Below, in pieces: positions 48,533 through 57,060 of a stretch of 64,000 nt of DNA. The notes under the pieces were generated by a model. The model had not been told where the DNA came from and did no database searches. It was given only the letters and a program-made list of their open reading frames with translations. The translations under genes and the position numbers were made by a program. Source of the DNA: an uncultured Clostridia bacterium (lineage in GTDB: Bacteria > Bacillota > Dehalobacteriia > UBA4068); contig CALXRV010000058.1 in the NCBI GenBank assembly GCA_944390945.1, forward strand, positions 431-64,430. The letters are read 5' to 3'. The stretch's first letter is position 1. Every line of letters begins with the position of its first letter.

Positions 48533-48665
48533 AGACGAGACCTCCGTTGTTTAGTTTGTTCCTCCAGGGACGTGCCTGCATAATCAGGCAACCACTGTCT
48601 ATGCTAACTGTACACCAAATCAGGCTTTAATTCAATCTTTTCGTTTACCTTGCAAATATTCTGAT

Positions 48666-49364
48666 TTATTTCCCGCGCAACAGCAGCCGGCGGATCTCCG
48701 CCTGCTGCTGCTCACGCTGCCCACGCTCTACCATCAATTCCGCTTTAATCCGGCCCGGCCTTTCACTCATCACATAAATCCGGTCCGCCAAAACAAGCGC
48801 CTCATTGATGTCATGCGTAACTAACAATACGCCGGGCTTAAACCGGCTTTTAATGCCGAACAGCCATTCCTGCAGTTCTTCCTTGGTCAGGGCATCCAGT
48901 TTGCCGAACGGTTCATCCAGCAGCCAAAAATCCCCGCCATCCATCACCGTGCGCAGCAATGCGGCGCGCTGACGCATGCCGCCGGAAAGCTGATCCGGAT
49001 AACTTTCGCCAAATCCGTCCAGTCCAAACAGAGGCAGTAGCGAAGCAGCCTCTGCCCGCGCGGCGGGCAGCCGCTTTTTATCGCGTACTTCCACCGGCAG
49101 ACAAGCATTATCCAATACGCTGCGATGCGGCAGCAGCATATCCTGCTGCATCATCAGGCTGACGCGTCCCTCCACCTTCACCTCGCCGCCGTCCGCCAGG
49201 AAAAAGCCGGCAATCAGCCCGAGCAAAGTGCTTTTCCCGCAGCCGGAAGGACCGATCAAGGCAACAGATTCCCCTGCTGCCACCTGTAACGAAACGTCGT
49301 CCAGCACACGGATTGGCCGCCGGTTAAGGCGGAACTCCTTATTCACCCTGCGGCAGATAATCAT
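48666..49364 (-). CDS. ABC transporter ATP-binding protein (NitT/TauT family, ThiZ-like)
   Basis: Walker A GPSGCGKST, signature LSGGMRQR and Walker B FWLLDEPF. The start is uncertain (ATG 49364 or GTG 49346), and both overlap the binding-protein gene. Confidence 0.8.
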   Translation of the reverse strand: MIICRRVNKEFRLNRRPIRVLDDVSLQVAAGESVALIGPSGCGKSTLLGLIAGFFLADGGEVKVEGRVSLMMQQDMLLPHRSVLDNACLPVEVRDKKRLPAARAEAASLLPLFGLDGFGESYPDQLSGGMRQRAALLRTVMDGGDFWLLDEPFGKLDALTKEELQEWLFGIKSRFKPGVLLVTHDINEALVLADRIYVMSERPGRIKAELMVERGQREQQQAEIRRLLLRGK

Positions 49365-50409
49365 TGGTAAACGCATCCTCCGCAACAAAACCATCTTCGA
49401 TCAAACCGCGGTCGATCAGCCACTGCGAAAAGCTGTTCCAGATCTCCGCATCCTGGTAGCCCCAGTACGGCGCCTCTGCCTGATACTGCCCGGCGATCCA
49501 TTCCTGTCCGGCCTGAATCAGCTCTGCATCCAGCCCTTCATTCGCTGCCAGCAGGATCTCCGCCGCTTCAGCCGGGTTTGCATCGCAATAGCAATAGCCC
49601 TGGCTGAGCGCAGTCATGAAACGCCCGGTCAGGTCGCCGTTTTCTGCCAGGAAGTCTTCGCTGGCAACGATCACCGGCGTATAATAATCAAACGTGCTGT
49701 CAATATCTTTCAGGAAGATCGTATCCAATTCCACACCGCGCAGCTCTGCCTCAATCCCTGTCGTCGCATAATAAACCCAGGAAAAATCGATGCCGCCATC
49801 CTGCGTTGCCGCAAAGAAATCCGAAGAGCCAATATTGATCTTGGTAGCGGGCTCGCCGCCTTCCTGCTCGACCAGGTAATCAAGCAGGGCCTCCTCCACT
49901 TCACCACCCCAGCTGCCGTAAGTCTTGCCGGAAAAATCAGCGACTGTAGCTACGCCGTTTTCCACCGGAGCAGCAAAGCAAGAGGTATTATGCTGGATCA
50001 CTGCAGCCAGCGAAACGACCGGCATGCCGGCGACACGGCCATAAGTCACTTCCTCCTGATAGCTGTAACCAAAATCCGCCTGACCGGCGGCCACAAGCTG
50101 CAGTGCGAGGTTATCGCCCGGTTCGATGATCTCCACATCCAACCCCTGTTCCTCAAAATAACCCAGCGCCTGCGCAACATATGCACCACTGTGATTTGTG
50201 TTCGGCGTCCAGTCCAGCACCAGCGTGACAGGCGTCAGCTCGCCGCCGTTTGCCTCCTCGCTCGCTTCCTCCCCTGCGCTATCGCCTTCCGGCTCCGTAA
50301 CCTCGTTTGCGCCCTCTTCTCCATCTACTGCATCAGCAGGCGTATCACTGCAGGCAGCAAAGAAAACCAGCACAAAAGCGACTAACATGATGAGCATAAC
50401 CCGTTTCAT
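49339..50409 (-). CDS. ABC transporter substrate-binding lipoprotein, NMT1/THI5-like (ThiY-like, pyrimidine-precursor type)
   Basis: Lipoprotein signal MKRVMLIMLVAFVLVFFAAC. The NMT1/THI5-like body begins VTLVLDWTPNTNHSGAYVA... It lies downstream of a TPP riboswitch. Confidence 0.7.
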   Translation of the reverse strand: MKRVMLIMLVAFVLVFFAACSDTPADAVDGEEGANEVTEPEGDSAGEEASEEANGGELTPVTLVLDWTPNTNHSGAYVAQALGYFEEQGLDVEIIEPGDNLALQLVAAGQADFGYSYQEEVTYGRVAGMPVVSLAAVIQHNTSCFAAPVENGVATVADFSGKTYGSWGGEVEEALLDYLVEQEGGEPATKINIGSSDFFAATQDGGIDFSWVYYATTGIEAELRGVELDTIFLKDIDSTFDYYTPVIVASEDFLAENGDLTGRFMTALSQGYCYCDANPAEAAEILLAANEGLDAELIQAGQEWIAGQYQAEAPYWGYQDAEIWNSFSQWLIDRGLIEDGFVAEDAFTNDYLPQGE

Positions 50410-50504
50410 CTTTTGATTCCCTCTTTCTTTTCCTTATTATTCATGGTGTCGAATGCTTTCTATGCAAGCCAATGCGGCTCTGTATAGACGTAAACAAATC
50501 TGAC

Positions 50505-51266
50505 CTACTCCCATTTTTCTGCTGTCACACGCCGCCAGCGCAGGCAAAAATGCTCACACAAGGCAACCACAGCAAAGATCAGCGCGCTCCAGATGATGAT
50601 CGCCAGGATCGCGGCAAAGGTCAGCGGCAGATCAAAGCTGCGCTGCGCCCTGGTTAACAGCAACCCCAGCCCGGCTTCTGCACCCAGCCATTCGCCGATC
50701 ACCGCGCCCATCACGCTATAAGCGGCAGAAACACGCAGACCGCCAAAAAAGTAAGGCAAGGCCAACGGCAGGCGCACCATGGTGAACAGCTGGCGACGAC
50801 TCATGCCCATCGCCCGGTAAAAGGCGAGCATTTCGCTGTCTGCAGCGGAAAGGCCGGCCAAAGACTGGATCACCATCGGGAAAAAGCAGATCAAAATGAC
50901 GACCAATACCTTCGGCAACATCCCATAACCGAACCAGATCAAGAACAGCGGCGCCAGCACGACGATCGGTACCATCTGCGACAACACTAACAGCGGATAA
51001 ACCGCCTCCCGCACACGGCGAAACAGCGACATTACCAAAGCCAACAGCAGCGAAAAAAGGACGGACAGCGCCATGCCGCCGGCTGCTTCGATCATCGTAT
51101 ACCGACTGTGCCGCAGCAGAAGCGACAGGTTCTCCGCAAACGACTGCAGTACGGCCAGCGGAGTGGGCAGCAAATATTCCCGCTGCACGAAACAGGCGGC
51201 CAACAGCTGCCAGAAGAGCAGGAAAAGCAGGATCCCGGCGATGGAATAACAAAGCGAGCGTTTCAT
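50505..51266 (-). CDS. ABC transporter permease (ThiX-like)
   Basis: Trimmed to MKRSLCYSIAGILLF. Six TM segments and the EAA loop ...FYRAMGMSRRQLFTMVRLPLALPYFFGG. Confidence 0.75.
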   Translation of the reverse strand: MKRSLCYSIAGILLFLLFWQLLAACFVQREYLLPTPLAVLQSFAENLSLLLRHSRYTMIEAAGGMALSVLFSLLLALVMSLFRRVREAVYPLLVLSQMVPIVVLAPLFLIWFGYGMLPKVLVVILICFFPMVIQSLAGLSAADSEMLAFYRAMGMSRRQLFTMVRLPLALPYFFGGLRVSAAYSVMGAVIGEWLGAEAGLGLLLTRAQRSFDLPLTFAAILAIIIWSALIFAVVALCEHFCLRWRRVTAEKWE

Positions 51267-51361
51267 TCTTTTCTCCGTTCCCAAGACAATGCGGCAGTTC
51301 CAACCTACCGCGCAATGCCGACAGCGCAACAAAAAAGCATTGCCAAAGGCAATGCTCACGC

Positions 51362-51462
51362 AGCTTCCTACGGCGGCATTACCCGCATCAGGTATAAGGG
51401 TCGAGATCGTATCTCCTCTCAGCCTGCGGCATTGCCGCGCAGCTCCCCTGTCCGATTCTCTA
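51362..51462 (-). ncRNA. TPP (THI-box) riboswitch
   Basis: Minus strand reads ...CAGGGGAGCTGCGCGGCAATGCCGCAGGCTGAGAGGAGATACGATCTCGACCCTTATACCTGATGCGGGTAATGCCGCCGTAGGAAGC... It contains the conserved CUGAGA, ACCCUU-N-ACCUGAU and GGUAAU...CG-N-AGGAA elements. Confidence 0.8.
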
Positions 51463-51478
51463 TCTTGATTACGCGCTG

Positions 51479-51507
51479 ATTATATACCCGTACCAAACGC
51501 TTGTCAA
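51479..51507 (-). promoter_or_regulatory. sigma-A promoter driving the TPP riboswitch/ABC operon
   Basis: Minus strand reads TTGACA, 17-nt spacer, TATAAT. Confidence 0.7.
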
Positions 51508-51614
51508 GAGGCATGCAAGATAATTTTTCCCGCCGGCGAATGCGGCGTCCACTACTGCGGCATAACCTGCCCCGGCAGGTTATGCCATGCCAGTTCACTA
51601 CCTTGATGTTGCGT

Positions 51615-51887
51615 TCAGCTCTTTCGGCGCGCCAGATCGGCCAATTCAGCAAAGCGGCCTGTCACCGCCTGATAATTGCGCCGCTGGTGCGGAAAGATGC
51701 ATTCGCTGCAATCCTTGATCCCTTCCGCAGTATAGCGATAATTGCCTCCGCAGTGCTCGCCCAGAGCATAAAGCGGACAATAGCAGAACAAGCAGTTAAA
51801 CTCCTCAGTATCCGCTACCGTATGGCAGGGGAAATATTCGCATGCCCGGTGCTGAAAAAACCAGGCCTGTTTTGTCTCTTCCTGCAT
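51615..51887 (-). CDS. cysteine-rich small-domain protein (PF04071-like metal-binding domain), last gene of the cobalamin operon
   Basis: 90 aa with CEYFPCH...CLFCYCPLY...CGGNY...CSECIFPH. This Cys-rich small domain is known to be fused or adjacent to precorrin methyltransferases. Confidence 0.6.
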   Translation of the reverse strand: MQEETKQAWFFQHRACEYFPCHTVADTEEFNCLFCYCPLYALGEHCGGNYRYTAEGIKDCSECIFPHQRRNYQAVTGRFAELADLARRKS

Positions 51888-52005
51888 CGTTACCTCACCT
51901 TATCCCTTTCTGCCAAGGCCTCCTCGGCATATTCACCATCCGCCCCTTTTTCCTCACCTTATCCCGTTCCGCTCTCCGCTGCACTCCTGCTGCCAGCAGG
52001 CAGTA

Positions 52006-52938
52006 CTATTTCCCCATTGCGTGGTAAAACAACGGCTGCGGTCCGCCGCGATGCCGGCCGTTGGACGGTTCCGTCGCATGATCTGCAATCACATATAATG
52101 TATGTCTGCTGTTGCACAGCGGGCGCAATACCTGCTGCTCAACCCGTGTCAGAAAACGATGTTTGGCCACCGCATCGCGGCGGTGCGACGCCTCGTCTGC
52201 GCCGTTGATATGCAGCACGACAAATGGGTATTCTTCTGCTGCTGCCTGTGCTGTCGCCAGTTTGGCGGCAAGGTCGGTGTCCACATCGCCCGTCGCGCCG
52301 GGAACCGGCAGCAACTGCATTGCAAGCAGCCGTGCGATACCGCGCATCACCCCGCTTCCGCAGACAACGGCCGCCCGGCCGGGAAATGGCGGCAAAGAGA
52401 CCGGACGCGACTGCCCCCAGAATGCCGGACAAATGCCCTCCGCGCAGTTCTGATCAAAGATCTGCGCCAGCAAGGGCAGCCCCTGCGGCCGCAGGTCTGC
52501 CGCCTTGTTGCTGCCTTTGCTGAAAAAGGGGCGAACCCGGATCTGCTCCAGCATGGCCGCTGCTCCCGGCAGGATGAGCAGCCCCTGATAGCCGCCCAGG
52601 CAATGGTAGCGTGCAGCACAGGAATGCCGTAGCGCCGACGGTGCGGCAACGGGCGCCCCATACCTTCCCTCCTGCAGTGCTAGCCAACTGATGCGCAGGA
52701 TCAAATCATCGCGGTCGACATCGATCCCTGCGCCAAGCGCCTCAACATAACCGCGCAGGAATGGTGGCGGCGTACTTACCCCCAACAAGGCCAAAATGCA
52801 GGTTAGACTCTCTGTCTTCTGCCCCCGCGGCGTGGTTTGCACCTGTGCTGGAGAGCGCATCGCAGCAAGCAGCGGATAATCCGCAACGGAAAAGGAGGCA
52901 TCCGTCATGCCGTCGATGATGCAAAGCAGCCTGCTCAT
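52006..52938 (-). CDS. ApgM-like metalloenzyme (alkaline-phosphatase superfamily, cofactor-independent phosphoglycerate mutase-like), short form
   Basis: N-terminus LLCIIDGMTDAS (DGM-x-D metal site). C-terminal GATGDVDTD...FVVLHINGADEASHRRD...VIADHATEP parallels archaeal-type iPGM motifs (HVEAPDEAGH / PDHPTP). It is 310 aa against ~400 for ApgM. Confidence 0.55.
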   Translation of the reverse strand: MSRLLCIIDGMTDASFSVADYPLLAAMRSPAQVQTTPRGQKTESLTCILALLGVSTPPPFLRGYVEALGAGIDVDRDDLILRISWLALQEGRYGAPVAAPSALRHSCAARYHCLGGYQGLLILPGAAAMLEQIRVRPFFSKGSNKAADLRPQGLPLLAQIFDQNCAEGICPAFWGQSRPVSLPPFPGRAAVVCGSGVMRGIARLLAMQLLPVPGATGDVDTDLAAKLATAQAAAEEYPFVVLHINGADEASHRRDAVAKHRFLTRVEQQVLRPLCNSRHTLYVIADHATEPSNGRHRGGPQPLFYHAMGK

Positions 52939-53594
52939 CGCATACCGGCTGCCAGATAAAGCAGCGCATTGACAATCGCCGCCGCCACATTACTGCCCCC
53001 CTTACGCCCACGCGCAACAATATAGGGCACGCCAGCGCGCATGATCTGCTCCTTTGCTTCCACCACATGCACAAACCCAACCGGTACGCCGATCACCAAG
53101 GATGGATGCACCCTGCCGGCGGCGATCAGCTCATCCAGACGCCGGAGTGCGGTCGGCGCATTGCCGATCGCAAATATCGGCCGTCCTGGCAGCTGGGCAG
53201 CCTTATCCATCGAGGCTTCCGCACGCGTGATGCCGCATGCCTGTGCGGTTTCTGCAATCTCTGCCTCTGCCATGAAGCAGTTTACGCGAATCCCCAACTG
53301 CGCGAGCGCCGTACGATTGATCCCGGCGCGCGCCATATTGGTATCGGTAACGATCTCCTCTCCCGCCTGCAGAGCAGACAGCCCGTCTGCAACTGCAGTT
53401 GCAGAAAAGCATAGGGATTGCAGATAATCAAAATCCGCTGTCGTATGGATCACCCGTTTGATTATCGGCGCCAAAACCGGGTCCAGCGGCTGCTGCAGCT
53501 CGCTTTCAATGATGGCAAAGCTGCGCCGCTCAATCTCCGCCGGCAGCAGGCGTTCCCATTTTTCCTGCGCATCGCGTTCTTCTACTTCCATCAT
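52935..53594 (-). CDS. cbiC: precorrin-8X / cobalt-precorrin-8 methylmutase
   Basis: 219 aa. Contains IERRSFAIIESEL...VIHTTADFDY...TDTNMA...IGNAPTAL. Confidence 0.9.
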   Translation of the reverse strand: MMEVEERDAQEKWERLLPAEIERRSFAIIESELQQPLDPVLAPIIKRVIHTTADFDYLQSLCFSATAVADGLSALQAGEEIVTDTNMARAGINRTALAQLGIRVNCFMAEAEIAETAQACGITRAEASMDKAAQLPGRPIFAIGNAPTALRRLDELIAAGRVHPSLVIGVPVGFVHVVEAKEQIMRAGVPYIVARGRKGGSNVAAAIVNALLYLAAGMR

Positions 53595-55078
53595 ACGCCC
53601 TCCTCCAGAATATGATAGATCAATCGCATATCCAGCCCGCTGCGCACTGCCGCCGCCAGACGTTCATATTGCGTTTCCTTATAAGCCGTCAAATCACAGG
53701 CATTCGCCTGCGCTTCGATGCCCTTTTTTGCGCAAAGCGCGGTCAGCAGAGCGTCGCGGCAGTGCGGTGCGTCAAAAAAGCCGTGTAAATAGCTGCCATA
53801 AACATTGCCACAAGCGCAGCCGTCCAGGCTGCCGTCCGCCAAGCGCAGCAAGGGCTCGCCTGCCTGCTGCTGAGTGCACCCCATATGTATTTCATATCCC
53901 TGGATCTCGCAACCAGCCAGCCCTTGCAGCATCCCGCTGGTCTGCAAGATCTGCGCCCGCATCTGCGTCCGCCGTTTTTCCGGTAGGAACTCCGTTTCTA
54001 CCGGCAGCAGGCACAGCCCCTCCATTTCACCGCCACCTTCCACGCCCGCCGCATCGCGTATGCAACGCCCGAGCATCTGATAGCCGCCACAAAGACCGAA
54101 GATCAGTTTTCCCGCTGCTGCCAGCCTGGTCACCGCTGCAGCCAATCCGCTGCCGCGCAGCCATTTCAGATCCGAAATCGTGCTCTTCGTCCCCGGCAGA
54201 ATCACCATATCCGGATCTCCCAGCTGCTCCACACGCTGAACATAACGCACGCCGATGCCAGCTGTCGTCTCCAACGCCAACAGATCGGTAAAATTGGAAA
54301 TTCGCGGCAGACGGATCACTGCAATATCGATCAGCGCATCGCTATGCCGCCGCTGCAGCCGGTCGGCAAGGCTATCCTCATCTTCGATATCTACCTCCAG
54401 ATATGGCAGCACACCGGCAACCGGTTTGCCGGTCAGCGTTGCGAGCTGCGCCAACCCTGGCTTCAACAGGGCGGCATCACCACGGAATTTATTGATCACC
54501 ACGGCTTTCACCATGGCCTGTTCCTGCGCGGATAGCAACGCAATCGTACCATAAAGCTGGGCGAAAACACCGCCGCGGTCGATATCGCCCACCAGGATCA
54601 CCGGTGCGTCGGCAAGGCGCGCCATGCCCATGTTGACGATATCATCCTGCTTGAGATTGATCTCTGCTGGACTGCCCGCCCCCTCGATCACCATGATATC
54701 CGCTTCAGCCGCCAGCGAGCGGTAAGCGCGCAGAATATCCGGCTGCAGGCTGCGCTTGGCGGCAAAATAATCCGCCGCCCGCATATTGCCGCGCACCTCG
54801 CCATTGACGATTACCTGCGAACTGCCGTCGCTTACCGGCTTGAGCAGAATAGGATTCATGCGCACGCTGGGCGCTACGCCGCAGGCCTCCGCCTGTACCG
54901 CCTGCGCCCGCCCCATTTCCAGGCCTTCTGCCGTGATATACGAATTCAGCGCCATATTTTGCGCCTTGAACGGCCGCACACGGTACCCATCCTGCCGAAA
55001 CACGCGGCATAAGCCAGCACAAAGCAGGCTCTTTCCTGCATTGGACATCGTTCCCTGGATCATGATCGCTTTAACCAT
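53591..55078 (-). CDS. cbiP: cobyric acid synthase
   Basis: Trimmed to MVKAIMIQGTMSNAGKSLL (P-loop). The C-terminal GATase1-like part has LCGGYQML and HGFF. Confidence 0.9.
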   Translation of the reverse strand: MVKAIMIQGTMSNAGKSLLCAGLCRVFRQDGYRVRPFKAQNMALNSYITAEGLEMGRAQAVQAEACGVAPSVRMNPILLKPVSDGSSQVIVNGEVRGNMRAADYFAAKRSLQPDILRAYRSLAAEADIMVIEGAGSPAEINLKQDDIVNMGMARLADAPVILVGDIDRGGVFAQLYGTIALLSAQEQAMVKAVVINKFRGDAALLKPGLAQLATLTGKPVAGVLPYLEVDIEDEDSLADRLQRRHSDALIDIAVIRLPRISNFTDLLALETTAGIGVRYVQRVEQLGDPDMVILPGTKSTISDLKWLRGSGLAAAVTRLAAAGKLIFGLCGGYQMLGRCIRDAAGVEGGGEMEGLCLLPVETEFLPEKRRTQMRAQILQTSGMLQGLAGCEIQGYEIHMGCTQQQAGEPLLRLADGSLDGCACGNVYGSYLHGFFDAPHCRDALLTALCAKKGIEAQANACDLTAYKETQYERLAAAVRSGLDMRLIYHILEEGV

Positions 55079-56114
55079 GCAGCACCTCCCTGATCGCATG
55101 CAGCAGGATCTCATTTTCTGCATGCGTTTTCACGCCGATACGAAGATAGCGTTCGTCCAGCCCGCTGTAATTGTCACAGCAGCGCGTTAGCAGCCCTTTT
55201 TCGCGCAGAGGTTGCCAGAGCGGCTGCTCGCTGCGCAGCAACAGAAAGTTGGCGTCGCTGGGACAAACATATAGCCCAAGTTCCCGCAGAGCCCGCGTCA
55301 TATAAGTACGCTCTGCGATGATCAAACGGCGCGTATCGCTAAGCCAGTCCTTTTCCTGCAATGCCGCCAGTCCGGCAATCTGCGCTGCAGTGGAAACGCT
55401 CCAGGTCGGACAATAAGAAGCGATCTGCTGCAGCAATTCTTGATCCGCGCTGTACAGGGTGCCCAAGCGCAGACCGGCCATCGCATAGATTTTTGTGAAC
55501 GCACGCAGGATCAGCAAACCGGGATAACGGTGCAGCAGTGGCAGCAGGCTCTCCCCCATCGTAAAATCCAGAAAACATTCATCGAGCAGCAGCAGGATAC
55601 CACGCCGCTGACAGGCGGCGACAATTTCTTCCAGCAGGTCCCGGTCGGCCAGACGGCCAGTCGGGTTATTGGGCGTACAAAGGAAGAGGATATCTGCCCC
55701 GGCCTCTATTTCCAGCAGAATCCGGCGATCCAAGACAAAATCCGCCGCCGCATCCAACGCATGTAAGCGAACTGTGCTGCCATAACGCAAGGCAGCGCGT
55801 TCATATTCAGAAAACGTTGGAGCAGTCAGCAATACCCGCTTTGGTCTGACGCAGGCGCAAAGTGCAAGAATCAGCTCAGAGGCGCCATTACCGCAGAGTA
55901 CGGATGTACTGGACAAGCCATGCCGTTGCGCCAGGGCAGCGCGCAGCGCACGGCAGGCTGGGTCAGGATAATGGGCCAGCTCGGAAAGATGCGTACGCAA
56001 TGCCCTGTCCACAGCCGGTGGCAAGCCAAGAGGATTCGTATTGACGGAAAAATCCAGCCGCAGCGCGGTGCCGTCTGCGCCATAAACATCGCCACCATGT
56101 TCAAATCGTTGCAA
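55071..56114 (-). CDS. cobD: threonine-phosphate decarboxylase (class I/II aminotransferase fold)
   Basis: MQRFEHGGDVYG...DFSVNTNPLG...LRAFTKIYAMAGLRLG (PLP lysine region). Located between cbiB and cbiP. Confidence 0.85.
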   Translation of the reverse strand: MQRFEHGGDVYGADGTALRLDFSVNTNPLGLPPAVDRALRTHLSELAHYPDPACRALRAALAQRHGLSSTSVLCGNGASELILALCACVRPKRVLLTAPTFSEYERAALRYGSTVRLHALDAAADFVLDRRILLEIEAGADILFLCTPNNPTGRLADRDLLEEIVAACQRRGILLLLDECFLDFTMGESLLPLLHRYPGLLILRAFTKIYAMAGLRLGTLYSADQELLQQIASYCPTWSVSTAAQIAGLAALQEKDWLSDTRRLIIAERTYMTRALRELGLYVCPSDANFLLLRSEQPLWQPLREKGLLTRCCDNYSGLDERYLRIGVKTHAENEILLHAIREVLHG

Positions 56115-57060
56115 GCAGCATCACCCCCCGTGACAGCAAAACCAACACCAGCATCAGCAGCGCCGCCAGATAAAGCAACTGATGTGCACAACGGATATCT
56201 TGCGGCACAATCTGTCTGAGGGCGTCGCCAATCCACGGCTTATGATGGATCACGCCGAAATAGCTGGCGTCGCCTGCCAAGCGTAAACCGAGCGCGCCCG
56301 CCATTGCCGCCTCGCTCTGCGCGGAATTCGGGCTGGCATGTTTACGCCGGTCACGCCGCCAAATTCGCCATGCGCCAGCCACGTCCATCCTGCTCAGCGC
56401 AGCGGCGCAAATAATCAGCAGAGCGCTCAAGCGGGCAGGCAGCCAGTTCAGTACATCATCCAGCCTGGCCGCACAGCGACCAAAATCGAGATAGCGCGCA
56501 TTGCGGTAGCCAACCATCGAATCCATCGTATTGACCGCTTTATATAAACAGGCGAGCGGCACACCGCCCAAAGCGAGATAAAAGAGCGGCGCTACCACGC
56601 CGTCACAGGTGTTTTCCGCCACCGTCTCCACCGCCGCGCGGCTGATGCCGGCAGCGTCCAGCTGCTCCGTATCCCGCCCGACGATCATCGAAAGCGCAAG
56701 CCTGGCCGCCGCGAGATCACCCCGCTGCAATGCGTTAAAAACACGTCCGCTCTCCTGCTGCAGGCTGCGCGTGGCAAGCAGTTGCCAGCAAAAAAGCGTC
56801 TCCAATCCAAAATACAGCCAGGGGGAGAGCTGAAAAGCGCACCAGAGCAAGAACAACGGCAAAAAGAAGGCTGGCAGCACGGTTAGCAGCACCAGATAGA
56901 CACCGGCACGGCGCTTTTGCGCCAACGGATAGAGCAGGCGCTCCAGCCGGCTGATCCAGGCGCCCATCGCGCGCACGAGATGCGGCCAGCCCTGCGGATC
57001 GCCAAACAGAAGATCAACCATAAAACCACAGGCCAACGCAGCAGTAGTATAGATCAGCAC
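56101..57060 (-). CDS. cbiB: adenosylcobinamide-phosphate synthase
   Basis: 319 aa membrane protein with ...DLLFGDPQGWPHLVRAMG...SPNSAQSEAAMAGALG. Confidence 0.9.
   Translation of the reverse strand: MLIYTTAALACGFMVDLLFGDPQGWPHLVRAMGAWISRLERLLYPLAQKRRAGVYLVLLTVLPAFFLPLFLLWCAFQLSPWLYFGLETLFCWQLLATRSLQQESGRVFNALQRGDLAAARLALSMIVGRDTEQLDAAGISRAAVETVAENTCDGVVAPLFYLALGGVPLACLYKAVNTMDSMVGYRNARYLDFGRCAARLDDVLNWLPARLSALLIICAAALSRMDVAGAWRIWRRDRRKHASPNSAQSEAAMAGALGLRLAGDASYFGVIHHKPWIGDALRQIVPQDIRCAHQLLYLAALLMLVLVLLSRGVMLLATI

Noticed and set aside
46424-48583. 719-aa plus-strand ORF, the longest plus-strand ORF in this part of the window
   Set aside because: It is exactly antisense to the pck gene, whose minus-strand product carries unmistakable GTP-PEPCK motifs (FPSACGKTN). 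The plus-strand translation is R/A/H-rich with no motif or RBS. This is a typical shadow ORF of GC-rich DNA.
49228-50385. 385-aa plus-strand ORF
   Set aside because: It is antisense to the ThiY-like lipoprotein gene and is a shadow ORF.
51559-51586. Perfect GC-rich hairpin (GGCATAACCTGCC/GGCAGGTTATGCC) as terminator of the cobalamin operon
   Set aside because: It is correctly placed between the last cbi gene and the thi promoter. However, no U-tract follows on either strand and the loop is only 2-4 nt, so it is not called as an intrinsic terminator. It may still be a processing or stability element.
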